This document shows, one piece after another, positions 49,466 to 60,195 of a stretch of 64,000 nt of DNA. The position numbers and the translations under genes were made by a program. The notes under the pieces are model-generated. The model saw only the letters and a list, made by a program, of their open reading frames with translations. It was not told the DNA's origin and made no database searches. This DNA is from Candidatus Omnitrophota bacterium (GTDB lineage: Bacteria; Omnitrophota; Gorgyraeia; S143-82), in contig WGBD01000001.1 in NCBI GenBank assembly GCA_015494465.1, positions 25,030 through 89,029 on the forward strand, read 5' to 3'. The stretch's first letter is position 1. Every line of letters starts with the position of its first letter.

Positions 49466-49978
49466 CTACTCTAACCTATCCCAGTGCAGTACCTCGTCAA
49501 GGGAGCGCTTGTTCCTCGGAAGATCCCAAAGGGAAGGATCCGCCGGCCTCCCCACCGCTATCACGCTCACCAACCTGTATGCCTCGGGATCCGCCCCGCA
49601 GAACCTCACGACCTCCGGGGCGTAGTCCTTCTTGTCCCCTGCAATCCAGCACGAGCCATATCCAAGGGCCGTAGCGGAAAGGAGGATGTTCTCTGTGGCA
49701 GAGGAACCGTCCTCCAGATACTGCTTGGTCGGTCGGCACAACACGATTATCGCGCACCCGCAATCCTTGAGGAACGGCCCGTTCCTTCCCACGATCCGGG
49801 TCAGCTCCTCCAACCGCGCCTTGTCGGTTATCACTACGAACTCCCATGGCTGTTCGTTGCGTGCGGTGGGGGCAAGCCTGCCCGCATCCACCATCAACTC
49901 TATGTCTTCCCTTTTTACCTCTGACCCGTCGTACTTGCGGATGCTCCTGCGCCTGCGCACCACATCAAAGAAATCCAT
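49466..49978 (-). CDS. nitroreductase family protein
   Basis: 170 aa; RRSIRKY N-terminal motif and nitroreductase fold. Confidence 0.8.
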   Translation of the reverse strand: MDFFDVVRRRRSIRKYDGSEVKREDIELMVDAGRLAPTARNEQPWEFVVITDKARLEELTRIVGRNGPFLKDCGCAIIVLCRPTKQYLEDGSSATENILLSATALGYGSCWIAGDKKDYAPEVVRFCGADPEAYRLVSVIAVGRPADPSLWDLPRNKRSLDEVLHWDRLE

Positions 49979-49988
49979 AATTCCCCTC

Positions 49989-50801
49989 CTAATTTCCTAT
50001 GCACAACCCCTTGCACTCGTAATCCATAAGCCTGCGCAGGGCGGAAAGGACCGCCATAAAACTGGTGCGGGGGTTCTCCGGTGAAGGTAGGTTCTCGGTG
50101 CGGGTAAATATCCTGCCGTGGCTTCCCTCCACCACGAGTTCGTGTACATTAGTGGATAGGGCGGGATCTGCCACTATCCTTACATACACCCCTCGCATCC
50201 GCCCTACTGCCAGACTCACCGTCGCTGCGACATTGATGTTCTTGGGAAAGTACCTCACCGCCTGCCTGACCGTGCCGGAGAAGACCTCTGTCTTCTCATT
50301 CAGAGAAGACAAGTCTATTCCCTGCTTCTTAATGTACTCCACCCCTGCCAGTCCGGATGGAGGTTTGTAGGTCGTCAATGTTATTCTCTTTATCCTACCG
50401 AGGGCAGCGGACTTCAGGGCATCTATACCCGATATCGCCCCGCTGGGCACCAAGACCCTGATACCCACCTTTTCCGCTCGCTCCAACAGATCCCCACAGG
50501 CCAGCAATCCCCCCACGCTCAAGACCATCAGGTCCTTCCGATGCCTTATGCACAACTCCAGGACATCCCTCACCACCGAGACTACCGCAGTCTCCAACAC
50601 CAGGTCTACCGAGGAGACCAACCTATCAAGGTCCTTAACCACCCTTACCCCCCAGCGCCTGTTGACCTCCTCTACGCGCAGGGGATCTACCTCGCACACT
50701 CCGCCCAACCGCAGATGGGGGAACATTCCCCCAACGAGATGCTCCACCACAACCGAGCCTATCGCCCCACAACCGACGACACCGACCTTCTTCTTCCTCA
50801 T
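49989..50801 (-). CDS. nadX: L-aspartate dehydrogenase (NadX-like)
   Basis: Rossmann VGVVGCGAIGS; C-terminal ...NINVAATVSLA...IVADPALSTNVHELVVEGSHGRIFTRTENLPSPENPRTS resembles my recollection of Thermotoga NadX. Confidence 0.65.
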   Translation of the reverse strand: MRKKKVGVVGCGAIGSVVVEHLVGGMFPHLRLGGVCEVDPLRVEEVNRRWGVRVVKDLDRLVSSVDLVLETAVVSVVRDVLELCIRHRKDLMVLSVGGLLACGDLLERAEKVGIRVLVPSGAISGIDALKSAALGRIKRITLTTYKPPSGLAGVEYIKKQGIDLSSLNEKTEVFSGTVRQAVRYFPKNINVAATVSLAVGRMRGVYVRIVADPALSTNVHELVVEGSHGRIFTRTENLPSPENPRTSFMAVLSALRRLMDYECKGLCIGN

Positions 50802-51655
50802 CCCCGCTCCCCGGCCCTGAAGACCACATTGTCTATCAGCCTGGCCCGGCCGAACCAGACCGCCATCGCTAAGACATACCTCTCCCCGGGAGCTAACTTC
50901 CTCACCGGTGCCATGTCCTCCCAGCGCACCAGCTCCACATAATCGACCTTTCCCCCCGCCATTTCCACATCCCTAGCCAGTTCCTTCAACACCCTGCCGA
51001 CCTGCCTGCCTGCGAGGAGTTCCCGTTTGCCCTTCAACAGGCTCTGGTATATGATGGGAGCCTTTCTCCTCTCCTCTTCAGATAAATACACATTGCGAGA
51101 GCTCATCGCCAGACCGTCAGGCTCCCTGACTATCGGCATTATCCTTATCCTTATCGGGAAGTTGAGGTCCGCAACCATCTGTTCTATGATCCTGGCCTGC
51201 TGGACATCCTTCTGACCGAAGTAGGCCACATCCGGCATCACTATGTTGAACAGTTTGGCCACCACCGTACAGACCCCCCGAAAGTGTCCGGGCCGGGATG
51301 CCCCACAGAGGTGCTTATCCAATTCCTTTACCTCTACATAGGTGAGAAAGGGTTGAGGATACATTTCCTCTACGGAAGGTGCGAACACGAGATCTACTCC
51401 CGCCTCCTTACACAGTTTAAGGTCCCGACGCAGATCCCGGGGATACCTGCGGTAGTCTTCTCTGGGACCAAACTGTATGGGATTCACGAAGATGCTGACC
51501 ACGACGAAGTCGTTGTACTTGCGGGCCTGGCGGATAAGTGAGAGGTGCCCCTCGTGGAGGTAGCCCATGGTGGGAACGAAGCCCACCCTCTGACCTCGCC
51601 TCTTGGCCGAATCAACTGCCTTGCGCACCGTGGTTATCTTCTTGGCTACCTTCAT
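50798..51655 (-). CDS. panC: pantoate--beta-alanine ligase
   Basis: 285 aa; GFVPTMGYLHEGHLSL HIGH-type motif. Confidence 0.92.
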   Translation of the reverse strand: MKVAKKITTVRKAVDSAKRRGQRVGFVPTMGYLHEGHLSLIRQARKYNDFVVVSIFVNPIQFGPREDYRRYPRDLRRDLKLCKEAGVDLVFAPSVEEMYPQPFLTYVEVKELDKHLCGASRPGHFRGVCTVVAKLFNIVMPDVAYFGQKDVQQARIIEQMVADLNFPIRIRIMPIVREPDGLAMSSRNVYLSEEERRKAPIIYQSLLKGKRELLAGRQVGRVLKELARDVEMAGGKVDYVELVRWEDMAPVRKLAPGERYVLAMAVWFGRARLIDNVVFRAGERG

Positions 51656-53742
51656 GACCCACTATTATACGACAGTTCCAGCGCCTCCTCCACTATCCGT
51701 GGCTCTATCCCCTCCATACACACCTTTACCTCCCGCGGACAGTCCTTTTTATAACAAGGGGCACAGGTATCCAGATAGACTACCCGAAATCGAGCCTTGA
51801 TCCTTCCCGGCGGAAGGGGGACATGCCTTTGGGGCGAGGTAGGCCCGAAGTAGACCACCGTCGGCACCTTGAGGGCAAAGCCGAGGTGCATAAGGGCACT
51901 GTCCGGGGTTATCAGCAGAGAAAGGCTTGCTACTATCCGCAACAGTTCCTTAACCGAGGACCTTCCCACGAGGTCCACCAAGGAAATCCCCTTAGAGGAG
52001 AGCTCCCGAACCAACTCCTTCGCCACTTCTCTATCCCTATCCACCCCCAACAGGACGAAGGTCGCCTTCAGCTTTGCGGAAAGGTCCTCTATCACCCGCA
52101 GGATCTGATCCTTATCAAGAGACTTACTTTTCCAGCGGGATGACATCACGATGCCAATCAATCTATCTTTCATCTCTCCGCTTACCAGATTGGCGAGGAG
52201 TTTGAGCCTGACGGTCTCCTTCTCCTCGTCGGAGACTTCAAATAGGGGAGACTCCGGAGGGATGGGCTGGATCCCGGCGGACCTCAGGAATCTCACCTGC
52301 TCAAGAAGGGGGAAGTCCTGAACATACTCTATCGGATCCGTGTAGAGAAACCTCCCCAACTTCCGGGCATAGCCAAGTGTCCGGTAGGCCCCGGACCGGC
52401 TGGCCAGGAACTGCGTCTTCACCTTCCCCTGCAGGTCAAAGACCACATCCGGACCCCAGCGTCTTAGCCATCTTCCATCCACTCCCCGGCAATCCTTTGC
52501 CCGCTCCCCCCAGAGATCGCAGGTGTACTCAGAACCCACCACCACAAGGTCAGAACCCGGAAATTGCCTCCGTATAGACTCAAACGAATAGGTCCCCAGC
52601 ACGACATCCCCAAAAGAGGAGGTCTTGATAATGCCTATCGAATAGGTCCCGTACACCTCCTCGTAGACCTTAAGCGTGCGCTCGCACATCTCCTCAAGGC
52701 TATAACGCTGACTCTCCCTAAACCCCCTCTCCGCCAAGGCACTGGCCAGGTCCCGCCTGCGAATCAGCAATTCCATCTTCTCTGCCCAGTCGCCCGGATC
52801 GCCGGGCCGGGCCAGAAGTCCGGTCTGAGAATGGGCAATCAACTCGTTGAGCGCGGGAAGGTCCGAGGCGATAACCGGACGGCCTACTGCCCAAGCCTCC
52901 AGGACTGCCCTCCCGAAGGACTCCGGATACACCGAGGGCACCAGCACCGCATAGGCCTTGGCCAGCAATCCCGCCACATCCTTAACCGGCCCCAGGAACC
53001 TGACCGACGATCCCAAGGAAAAGCGGGTAATCAGGGAACGCAGGCGGGAATAGTACTTCTCCTTCCGCCCCACATCCCCGGCTACCCACAATTGGGCACT
53101 GGGGAAGTTCCTGACCACCTTGGCAAAGGCCTCGAGGGCAACATGGATCCCCTTGTTCGGGGTTATACGGCTTACGATGAGGAATATCGGCTCATCCACT
53201 ACCCTCGCCTTGGGGAATTCCTCCCGTTCAACCCCGCGGGGGATAACCACTATCTTGGCCTCCGGGACCCCAAACACCGAATGCATGTGTTCCGCTATCA
53301 ATTGGGAGGGAGTTATCACCCGCCTGCCCATCCCCATCACCCAGGAGATGGGACCGCGGGAATACAGGCCGTGGCAGGTGGTAACGAAGTTCACCACCTT
53401 GGGGTACCTCTCTCGGGCAAACCTCCGGCGGTTGACCCAGCGCACCGCATGATACCCTATCCAGCCCGGCACCCGGGAGCGGGCATGGACTATGTCCACG
53501 CCCAATTCCTCTATCAAGTGCGCCAAGCGAGGGACCTGGGCGAGCATAACCAGAGGATTCTTGGAGTGCACCGGCATACGGATGTGCCTTGCCCCCATCC
53601 TCTCAAGGCTGGACTGCCTCCATCCCCCGGAAGAGACGACTATCGCGGTGTGCCCCTGAGATATCAGGTAGGAGCAGACCTCAACAGTGCCCCGTTCCAC
53701 CCCCCCGCTGTCGAGTTTAGGCAGGATCTGGAGTACCTTCAT
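51652..53742 (-). CDS. bifunctional glycosyltransferase: N-terminal GT4 fused to C-terminal GT9 (heptosyltransferase-like)
   Basis: N-half GT4 ...PSVYPESFGRAVLEAWAVGRPVIASD...; C-half GT9 ...IKTSSFGDVVL...LLITPDSALMHLGFALKVPTVVYFGPTSP; single 696 aa ORF. Confidence 0.75.
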   Translation of the reverse strand: MKVLQILPKLDSGGVERGTVEVCSYLISQGHTAIVVSSGGWRQSSLERMGARHIRMPVHSKNPLVMLAQVPRLAHLIEELGVDIVHARSRVPGWIGYHAVRWVNRRRFARERYPKVVNFVTTCHGLYSRGPISWVMGMGRRVITPSQLIAEHMHSVFGVPEAKIVVIPRGVEREEFPKARVVDEPIFLIVSRITPNKGIHVALEAFAKVVRNFPSAQLWVAGDVGRKEKYYSRLRSLITRFSLGSSVRFLGPVKDVAGLLAKAYAVLVPSVYPESFGRAVLEAWAVGRPVIASDLPALNELIAHSQTGLLARPGDPGDWAEKMELLIRRRDLASALAERGFRESQRYSLEEMCERTLKVYEEVYGTYSIGIIKTSSFGDVVLGTYSFESIRRQFPGSDLVVVGSEYTCDLWGERAKDCRGVDGRWLRRWGPDVVFDLQGKVKTQFLASRSGAYRTLGYARKLGRFLYTDPIEYVQDFPLLEQVRFLRSAGIQPIPPESPLFEVSDEEKETVRLKLLANLVSGEMKDRLIGIVMSSRWKSKSLDKDQILRVIEDLSAKLKATFVLLGVDRDREVAKELVRELSSKGISLVDLVGRSSVKELLRIVASLSLLITPDSALMHLGFALKVPTVVYFGPTSPQRHVPLPPGRIKARFRVVYLDTCAPCYKKDCPREVKVCMEGIEPRIVEEALELSYNSGS

Positions 53743-55091
53743 CAGTTGTGGTGCACCATTTGTAGTTTAACGAAGTCCTTTGCCAGAGAGTAGACCTTGC
53801 CCGCACCCAAGAATACCAAACAATCCCCGGATCGGGTCGCCGCCCTGACCTCGTCCAGGTCGTAGGAGAGCATAGCGTAGGCAGGAATAGACATCCCCCG
53901 ATTGAGCTCAAGGGCAAACCTCTCCGCGCTTATACCCGGAATAGGATCCTCACTGGCGGAATGTATCGGGGTAACCAAGACCGCATCCGCATACCTCAAC
54001 GCAGACATAAACTCCGACCAGAAGGCGGAGAAACGACTATATCTGTGGGGCTCAAAGACCACCAACATCCTCCGCTTGCCTATCACCTGCCTCACTGCCT
54101 CAAGGGTGGTGCGGATCTCGGTGGGATGATGGGCATAATCGTGCACGACGGTGATCTCTCCCTTCAACAGGACATCCATCCGGCGTGAGACTCCGGGAAA
54201 CGATGCCATAGCCCTCAAGGCGTCCTCTCCCTTTATCCCCAAGATGTCACAGACCTGCAGGACACCGCAGGCATTCCTGACATTGTGCACGCCCACCAAC
54301 GGCAGACGCTGGGAAAGGATCCTCTCCTCCCTCCTGTCCAGTATCTCCACCCGCATAGAGAAATCCTCCCCCACATCAAACCTTAGGGGGAGATAGCGCC
54401 CCTCCTCCACGAACCTCACATTATCAAATCCCGCAAACTCCTTGCCCAACTTACTCCCGAGTCCGAAGAGGAATCGGGTCTCCTTCCTCTGGAGGATAAA
54501 ATTGCGAAAGAACTCCGCCATGCCCGCTTCGTCCTGATAGAAGTCCACATGCTCCAGTTCGAGGTAAGGGATAAACATGACCTCCGGATTAAAGAGAGAA
54601 AAGGTCCCGTCGCTCTCGTCCAACTCCAGGACCGAAAAATCCCCCATCCCCAACCAAGCGTTGCTGTTTATCTTCTTCACCACCCCTCCGATGTAGGCGG
54701 AAGGCTGGTATCCCAGTTCGTGGAGAACCCAGGCCAGAAGCGCAGAGGAGGTCGTCTTGCCGTGGGCACCGGTTACCCCTATTATCCGGGTGGACTTGAA
54801 TATGGCCTGGAGAATCTCCGCCCGGTGGTAGATAGGGATCCCTAGATCCCGAGCCAGTACCAACTGGGGATCGTCGTCAGATATGGCACTGGAGCGCACC
54901 ACCGCAGAGACCTTCCGGTTCTTAACGACCTCCAGGAGGTCTTCGAGAACGAGACCCTGCCTCACCAGATCGTCTATTATGTAGTTATGGGAGATGTCGG
55001 TCCCGCTGACGGTGTGCCCCATCTGCAGGAGCAGGCGGGCTATCCCGCTCATCCCGATGCCTCCCACTGCCAATATGTGTATGTGCATCAC
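53742..55091 (-). CDS. murC: UDP-N-acetylmuramate--L-alanine ligase
   Basis: 449 aa; N-terminal GIGMSGIA, ATP-binding GAHGKTTSSALLA. Confidence 0.9.
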   Translation of the reverse strand: MMHIHILAVGGIGMSGIARLLLQMGHTVSGTDISHNYIIDDLVRQGLVLEDLLEVVKNRKVSAVVRSSAISDDDPQLVLARDLGIPIYHRAEILQAIFKSTRIIGVTGAHGKTTSSALLAWVLHELGYQPSAYIGGVVKKINSNAWLGMGDFSVLELDESDGTFSLFNPEVMFIPYLELEHVDFYQDEAGMAEFFRNFILQRKETRFLFGLGSKLGKEFAGFDNVRFVEEGRYLPLRFDVGEDFSMRVEILDRREERILSQRLPLVGVHNVRNACGVLQVCDILGIKGEDALRAMASFPGVSRRMDVLLKGEITVVHDYAHHPTEIRTTLEAVRQVIGKRRMLVVFEPHRYSRFSAFWSEFMSALRYADAVLVTPIHSASEDPIPGISAERFALELNRGMSIPAYAMLSYDLDEVRAATRSGDCLVFLGAGKVYSLAKDFVKLQMVHHN

Positions 55092-55369
55092 ACCACCTCT
55101 ACTTCCCAGTCAAGCAATTCCACTTCCGGATAACCCCTAAGGTAATCCAACAACGATTCAACCCCGCTGTCTACCTCTCCCCTGACCTGCCTCAACATCG
55201 CTACCGACAACATGGTCCTCTGCCACTTGTCCTTGAAGTCCGTCTCTATCACCGAGGCGTTAAAGCTCTCGCGGACCTTGTTCTTCAGGGCCTTGAGCAC
55301 ACTGCGCTTGTGCTTTAAGGACCTGACCTGCGGTATGTGGAGGTCCAGGTGCACGATGGCCACGAACAT
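55088..55369 (-). CDS. DUF503 (YlxP-like) protein
   Basis: 93 aa; MFVAIVHLDLHIPQVRSLKHKRSVLKALKNKV... resembles YlxP/DUF503. Confidence 0.6.
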   Translation of the reverse strand: MFVAIVHLDLHIPQVRSLKHKRSVLKALKNKVRESFNASVIETDFKDKWQRTMLSVAMLRQVRGEVDSGVESLLDYLRGYPEVELLDWEVEVV

Positions 55370-55378
55370 AGCGGATTT

Positions 55379-56383
55379 CTATCCCAACACTACCGTGCGG
55401 TTCTTTCCCTGTCGCTTCGCGGTGTAAAGGGCCTGATCCGCTATTTCTATTATAGAATAAGGATCCTTTCCGTCCTCAGGAAAAGCTGCCACGCCTACGC
55501 TGACGGTCACATTAAGGGTCTCGTTATAGGCAATTACGGGACTGGCGGAGACCACCTCACATATACGCTCCCCCGCCCTCTGGGCACCCTTCTTGTCGGT
55601 GTCCAATAGGATCACGCAGAACTCCTCCCCACCGTAGCGACCCACCAGATCTATCTCACGGGCGGTGGACTTTATGCGGGAGGCCACCTCCTTCAGGACC
55701 GCATCTCCTACGAGATGGCCGTAGGTATCGTTTATCTTCTTGAAGTCGTCCACATCTATCATCAAGAACCCAAGTGGACTGCCGAACTTGTTCGCCCGCA
55801 ACAAACTCTCAAAGAACCTATCCAGCACATACCTGCGCACATACACACCGGTCAGCTCGTCGGTTATCGCCATCTCTTCTATCGCCTTGTACAGCTTAAT
55901 CCTGCGCATCCCCAAGGCAAACTGATTGGCGAGGATGTGGAAGACATCCAGATCCTTCTCCTTACACCCCTTCACCGCAAGGTATCCCCGGATGTCGTTC
56001 TCCACCCTTATGGGGAAGAGGTAGTACTCGAGGCTATGGGTCAGTGACAACTGACTGCTGTCTATGAAGATACAGTCCTCTACCTCTATGTATTCCTTTA
56101 GCTTCTCCTTAAATGTCTTGAACATCTCCACCTCATCGAGGGTCTTGGTAAGGTCCTTGATTATCTCGTAGAGTCTTACCTCCTTCTCCGCTGCCCGCTC
56201 AAACTGCCGGTTCTTCGCCCGTTGGCGCTCCAGATCGTAGTACATCTTCTTGCGGGTGGACTCCAACTCTTCCACCTTTGCCTTCATTTCCGCCACGATC
56301 TTGCGGTGCTTCCTGACGAGGTAAAGTATCACCCCAAGACCGATCCCCACGACTATGGTCAGACTAAACATCAAGCAGAACAT
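55379..56383 (-). CDS. diguanylate cyclase (GGDEF), membrane-anchored
   Basis: N-terminal TM and coiled coil; GGDEF domain with RYGGEEF active site and RxxD-like context. Confidence 0.85.
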   Translation of the reverse strand: MFCLMFSLTIVVGIGLGVILYLVRKHRKIVAEMKAKVEELESTRKKMYYDLERQRAKNRQFERAAEKEVRLYEIIKDLTKTLDEVEMFKTFKEKLKEYIEVEDCIFIDSSQLSLTHSLEYYLFPIRVENDIRGYLAVKGCKEKDLDVFHILANQFALGMRRIKLYKAIEEMAITDELTGVYVRRYVLDRFFESLLRANKFGSPLGFLMIDVDDFKKINDTYGHLVGDAVLKEVASRIKSTAREIDLVGRYGGEEFCVILLDTDKKGAQRAGERICEVVSASPVIAYNETLNVTVSVGVAAFPEDGKDPYSIIEIADQALYTAKRQGKNRTVVLG

Positions 56384-57627
56384 ACCCGGTCCTTCCCCAT
56401 AGACTTGGCCCGATACAGCCTCTCATCCGCCTTCTTTATCAGGGTGGTTCGGTCCCGACCGTCTTTGGGATAACTGGCCACTCCTATGGATACGGTAACC
56501 CGCGTAGGGGTGCGCCTGAGGACCACCTCCTTCTGGGCGATCTCCTCCCTTATGCGCTCAGCTATCTCCACCGCGGACCTCGTGTCCTTGCCCTCCAGAT
56601 AGATAAGAAATTCCTCCCCACCGTACCTGGCCACGATGTCCTTGTGTCTGCGGGTGTGCTTCAGAAGGATCTTTGCGATGCTCTTTATGATGATGTCTCC
56701 TGCGGTGTGGCCGTAGGTGTCGTTGTACTTCTTGAAGTCGTCTATGTCCAGCATCAGGAGAGAGAAGGTGCTCTGCTTGCGATAGAGGAGGATCTCGTCT
56801 AACCTCTCCAGTATGTACCTCCTCAGGTAAAGCCCGGTCAGGCCGTCGTGCAGGGCCAACGATTCCATCCGCTTGTAGAGTATAGTATTGCCTATAGCCA
56901 CTGCAGCAAGGTCCCCTATCGTCTGGAGAAAGGAGAGATCCTCGGAATAGAAAGTATACTTGTCAAACGAGTTCAACCTCAAGATCCCTATTACCTTCTC
57001 TTCCAATATCAACGGCACCGAGATGAGGGAACCGACTGGGGTGGTTTTGCCCAGACTCTCCAGATCGAAGCGATAATCCTGACTGGTATCCTCTATGAGG
57101 AGGGGACAGGCGTGCTTTATTATCCACTTGTCGAAAATGTCTCCGGTCTTGGGCAGTCGATAAAAGTCCACATCGACCCCTGCGGAATCCACCAGTTCTA
57201 GACGCTGTTTCTCCTCGTCCACGATGTAAATCACGCATTGATCCGCCTTGGGTATCATGTCCAGAGTCTTTTGGACTATGTAGTGGGCAACTGCCTCCAG
57301 AGAGAGGTTATAACTCAACTTCTGCATCATGGACTCGAGCGCGAGATAGCGATTCTTCTTTCTCTGGAGAGCAGATTCTATCCGGGAGGCCTGCTCTAAC
57401 TCTGCCTGAAGGAGATTTATCCGCTCGTAGAGGTCGCTTTTCTTTATCTCCCAAGCACAGACCGAGTTGCTTATCCGACGATAAATGAAGACGATCGCGG
57501 AAAGGACGACTATGTAGGCCAAAAACAAAAAGAAGAGGTTATAAGGACAGGTCAGGGTTACATACACAAGAGGAACGACTACGTAAGCAGAGATCGCAGT
57601 GATTGTTAGTAGACTACGCTTAAACAA
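56371..57627 (-). CDS. diguanylate cyclase (GGDEF) with TM region and GAF-like sensor
   Basis: N-terminal TM helices, GAF-like middle domain, GGDEF domain with RYGGEEF. Confidence 0.85.
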   Translation of the reverse strand: MFKRSLLTITAISAYVVVPLVYVTLTCPYNLFFLFLAYIVVLSAIVFIYRRISNSVCAWEIKKSDLYERINLLQAELEQASRIESALQRKKNRYLALESMMQKLSYNLSLEAVAHYIVQKTLDMIPKADQCVIYIVDEEKQRLELVDSAGVDVDFYRLPKTGDIFDKWIIKHACPLLIEDTSQDYRFDLESLGKTTPVGSLISVPLILEEKVIGILRLNSFDKYTFYSEDLSFLQTIGDLAAVAIGNTILYKRMESLALHDGLTGLYLRRYILERLDEILLYRKQSTFSLLMLDIDDFKKYNDTYGHTAGDIIIKSIAKILLKHTRRHKDIVARYGGEEFLIYLEGKDTRSAVEIAERIREEIAQKEVVLRRTPTRVTVSIGVASYPKDGRDRTTLIKKADERLYRAKSMGKDRVCSA

Positions 57628-58726
57628 TTGCCTTCTCTGTGTCCTTGTCGAAAAAGTGGGCCTTTGACATGTCGAAAATTACTTCTACTTCCGAATTGAC
57701 GCTAGGGGCCAAGTTCGGCCTCATCCTCGCTACAAAGGTCCTCACCCCGGTGGTGAAATAGACGAAGGAATCCGATCCCATAGGCTCTATCACCTCGCAT
57801 ATCACCTTCGCCCTGTTGCCCACCTGTTTGGCAAAGGTAACGTAACCTATGTCGTGTATGTCCTCGGCCCTTATCCCCATTATCACCTCTTTACCGAGAT
57901 AGGGCTTCAATTGGCCGTACATAGATTCGTTGATGCGCAGTTCCAGTCCATCGCCCTTGAAGTAGTACTTGTCCTCCCTCCTCTCTATCTTCCCAGTGAA
58001 GAAGTTCATGGGCGGGGTCCCGATGAATCCCGCCACGAACTTATTGGCGGGCTTCTCGTAGACGACGATCGGGTCGTCAAACTGCTGTATCTCCCCTGCC
58101 CGGAGTATGCATATCCTGTCCCCCATGGTCATGGCCTCGACTTGATCGTGGGTGACATATATCATCGTGGTCTTCAACCGGGCATGGAGGCGCTTTATCT
58201 CGGTGCGCATCGTCACCCTCAACTTGGCATCCAGGTTGCTGAGGGGCTCGTCGAACAAAAAGACCAACGGCTTACGCACTATCGCCCTCCCGACCGCTAC
58301 CCTCTGACGCTCTCCTCCCGATAGTTCCTTGGGCTTGCGATTCAGGAGGTGCTTTATCCCCAAGATCTCGGCTGCCTCCTCTACCCTGCGCCTTATCTCA
58401 TCCTTAGGATACCGGCGCAATTTCAGACCAAAGGCCATGTTGTCGAAAACAGTCATGTGAGGATAGAGGGCGTAGTTCTGGAAGACCATAGCGATGTTCC
58501 TATCCTTCGGCGGGACATCGTTCACCAACCTATCCCCGATGTAAATCTCCCCCGAGGTCACGCTCTCAAGGCCGGCTATAAGCCTCAAGGTGGTGGACTT
58601 ACCACAACCTGACGGGCCGACCAACACCACGAATTCGCCATCTTTGATGTCCAGATTTATACCCTTAACCGCAACTACGCCTTTATCGTATCTTTTAACG
58701 ACATTCTTAAGCACTACCTTGGCCAT
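57620..58726 (-). CDS. ABC transporter ATP-binding protein, MalK/UgpC/MsmX type
   Basis: Walker [10 protein letters not shown], signature LSGGERQRV, Walker [14 protein letters not shown]-terminal TOBE-like regulatory domain; no adjacent permease or binding-protein genes. Confidence 0.88.
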   Translation of the reverse strand: MAKVVLKNVVKRYDKGVVAVKGINLDIKDGEFVVLVGPSGCGKSTTLRLIAGLESVTSGEIYIGDRLVNDVPPKDRNIAMVFQNYALYPHMTVFDNMAFGLKLRRYPKDEIRRRVEEAAEILGIKHLLNRKPKELSGGERQRVAVGRAIVRKPLVFLFDEPLSNLDAKLRVTMRTEIKRLHARLKTTMIYVTHDQVEAMTMGDRICILRAGEIQQFDDPIVVYEKPANKFVAGFIGTPPMNFFTGKIERREDKYYFKGDGLELRINESMYGQLKPYLGKEVIMGIRAEDIHDIGYVTFAKQVGNRAKVICEVIEPMGSDSFVYFTTGVRTFVARMRPNLAPSVNSEVEVIFDMSKAHFFDKDTEKAIV

Positions 58727-58749
58727 AGACCTCTCCCCTAGCTGAAAGA

Positions 58750-59610
58750 CTACACTCGCTTATTACCCCAGAGTGCCTCCAAAAGCGTAATAAGCGTATT
58801 ACGGAGGTTTTTACGCTCTACAATCATATCAATTAATCCATGCTCCTGCAAGAATTCCGAACGCTGGAATCCCTCTGGGAGATCTTGGTTTATGGTCTTC
58901 TTTATAACCCGCGGACCGGCAAAACCTATCAACGCCCCGGGCTCGGCGATCAACACATCTCCCAGAGAGGCAAAACTGGCAAGGACCCCTGCCATGGTGG
59001 GATTGGTCAACACCGATATGAATATCCCACCCATAGACTGGTACCTGCCTATCACCGCCGAGGTCTTGGCCATCTGCATCAAGGAGAACATCCCCTCGTA
59101 CATCCTCGCCCCCCCTCCAGAGGCAGAGATGATGATAAGGGGAAGCATCTCCTCTATGGCCACCTCGGTTACTCTCGCCACCCGCTCGCCCAACACCGAA
59201 CCCATCGACCCCATAATGAACCGGGAATCGGTAACCGCAACTGCAACCCGCCTGCCGTTCAATCTGGCGGTGCCGGCCATTATGGCCTCGTCCATTCCCG
59301 TTTTAGTTCGAGCCTCTTCCAGTTTCTCTTTGTAGGTCTTGGGACCGGAGAAGTTCAAGGGATCGGCAGTACGGAGCTCGGTGAACATCTCCTGAAAAGA
59401 TCCCTCGTCAAAGGTCATCTTTATCCTCTCTTCAGCCGAGATGGAAAAGTGATGTCCGCAATTAGGACAAACCCAGAGGTTCTCCTGCAACTGCTCGTTA
59501 AGGATCATCTTGTAGCAGGCATCACAGCGGGTAAAGATATCCGAGGGGACGTCCTTTTTCTTGGTCTTCTTGAACAACAGAAAGCGTTTTCGCGGTTTAA
59601 ATACGCTCAT
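58750..59610 (-). CDS. accD: acetyl-CoA carboxylase carboxyltransferase subunit beta
   Basis: N-terminal zinc ribbon CDACYKM...CPNCGHH followed by carboxyltransferase domain. Confidence 0.92.
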   Translation of the reverse strand: MSVFKPRKRFLLFKKTKKKDVPSDIFTRCDACYKMILNEQLQENLWVCPNCGHHFSISAEERIKMTFDEGSFQEMFTELRTADPLNFSGPKTYKEKLEEARTKTGMDEAIMAGTARLNGRRVAVAVTDSRFIMGSMGSVLGERVARVTEVAIEEMLPLIIISASGGGARMYEGMFSLMQMAKTSAVIGRYQSMGGIFISVLTNPTMAGVLASFASLGDVLIAEPGALIGFAGPRVIKKTINQDLPEGFQRSEFLQEHGLIDMIVERKNLRNTLITLLEALWGNKRV

Positions 59611-60191
59611 GCCCTTTCTCCCGAATAAAGCCGACGCCTCCTTATGTAGGAATCCACCTCCTCCGGCACCAAGAACCGCACGGATAGGCCCTGGCGAATC
59701 CTCTCCCTTATCAAAGAGGAACTGACTTCTATCCTAGGCATAGACAGGTACACCACATCTACTATCCCTCGGAGCTGATCAGCCGAGCCCTCGCCATGCC
59801 TAGTCGCAACCGCAAATTTAACCAATTTTACCAGCTTTTCCCAGTCTTTCCAAGAAGACAGGCCCTGGAGGGCGTCCGCCCCCAATAACCAGTAGATCTC
59901 CAGATCCGGCCGTTCCCTCAACAGATCCTCCACCGTGTCTATGGTGTAGGTCGTGCCAGCCCGCTCAACCTCCCGGGTATCCAACTCGAATCCCTCAAGC
60001 CCAGATATCGCCAACCTCACCATCTCCACCCTATCCTCAGCAGGAGCAACCGGGCGCTTGTAGGCACTGGAGAAGTAGGGCATAAACACCACTTTCTCCA
60101 GCTCTAATTCCTCCAGGGCCCACTGGGCCAGGATGAGGTGACCTATGTGTGGGGGATCAAAGGCCCCACCCAGCACGGCAATCCTGTCCAT
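59607..60191 (-). CDS. nadD: nicotinate-nucleotide adenylyltransferase
   Basis: 194 aa; GGAFDPPHIGH nucleotidyltransferase motif. Confidence 0.9.
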   Translation of the reverse strand: MDRIAVLGGAFDPPHIGHLILAQWALEELELEKVVFMPYFSSAYKRPVAPAEDRVEMVRLAISGLEGFELDTREVERAGTTYTIDTVEDLLRERPDLEIYWLLGADALQGLSSWKDWEKLVKLVKFAVATRHGEGSADQLRGIVDVVYLSMPRIEVSSSLIRERIRQGLSVRFLVPEEVDSYIRRRRLYSGERA

Positions 60192-60195
60192 ATCC

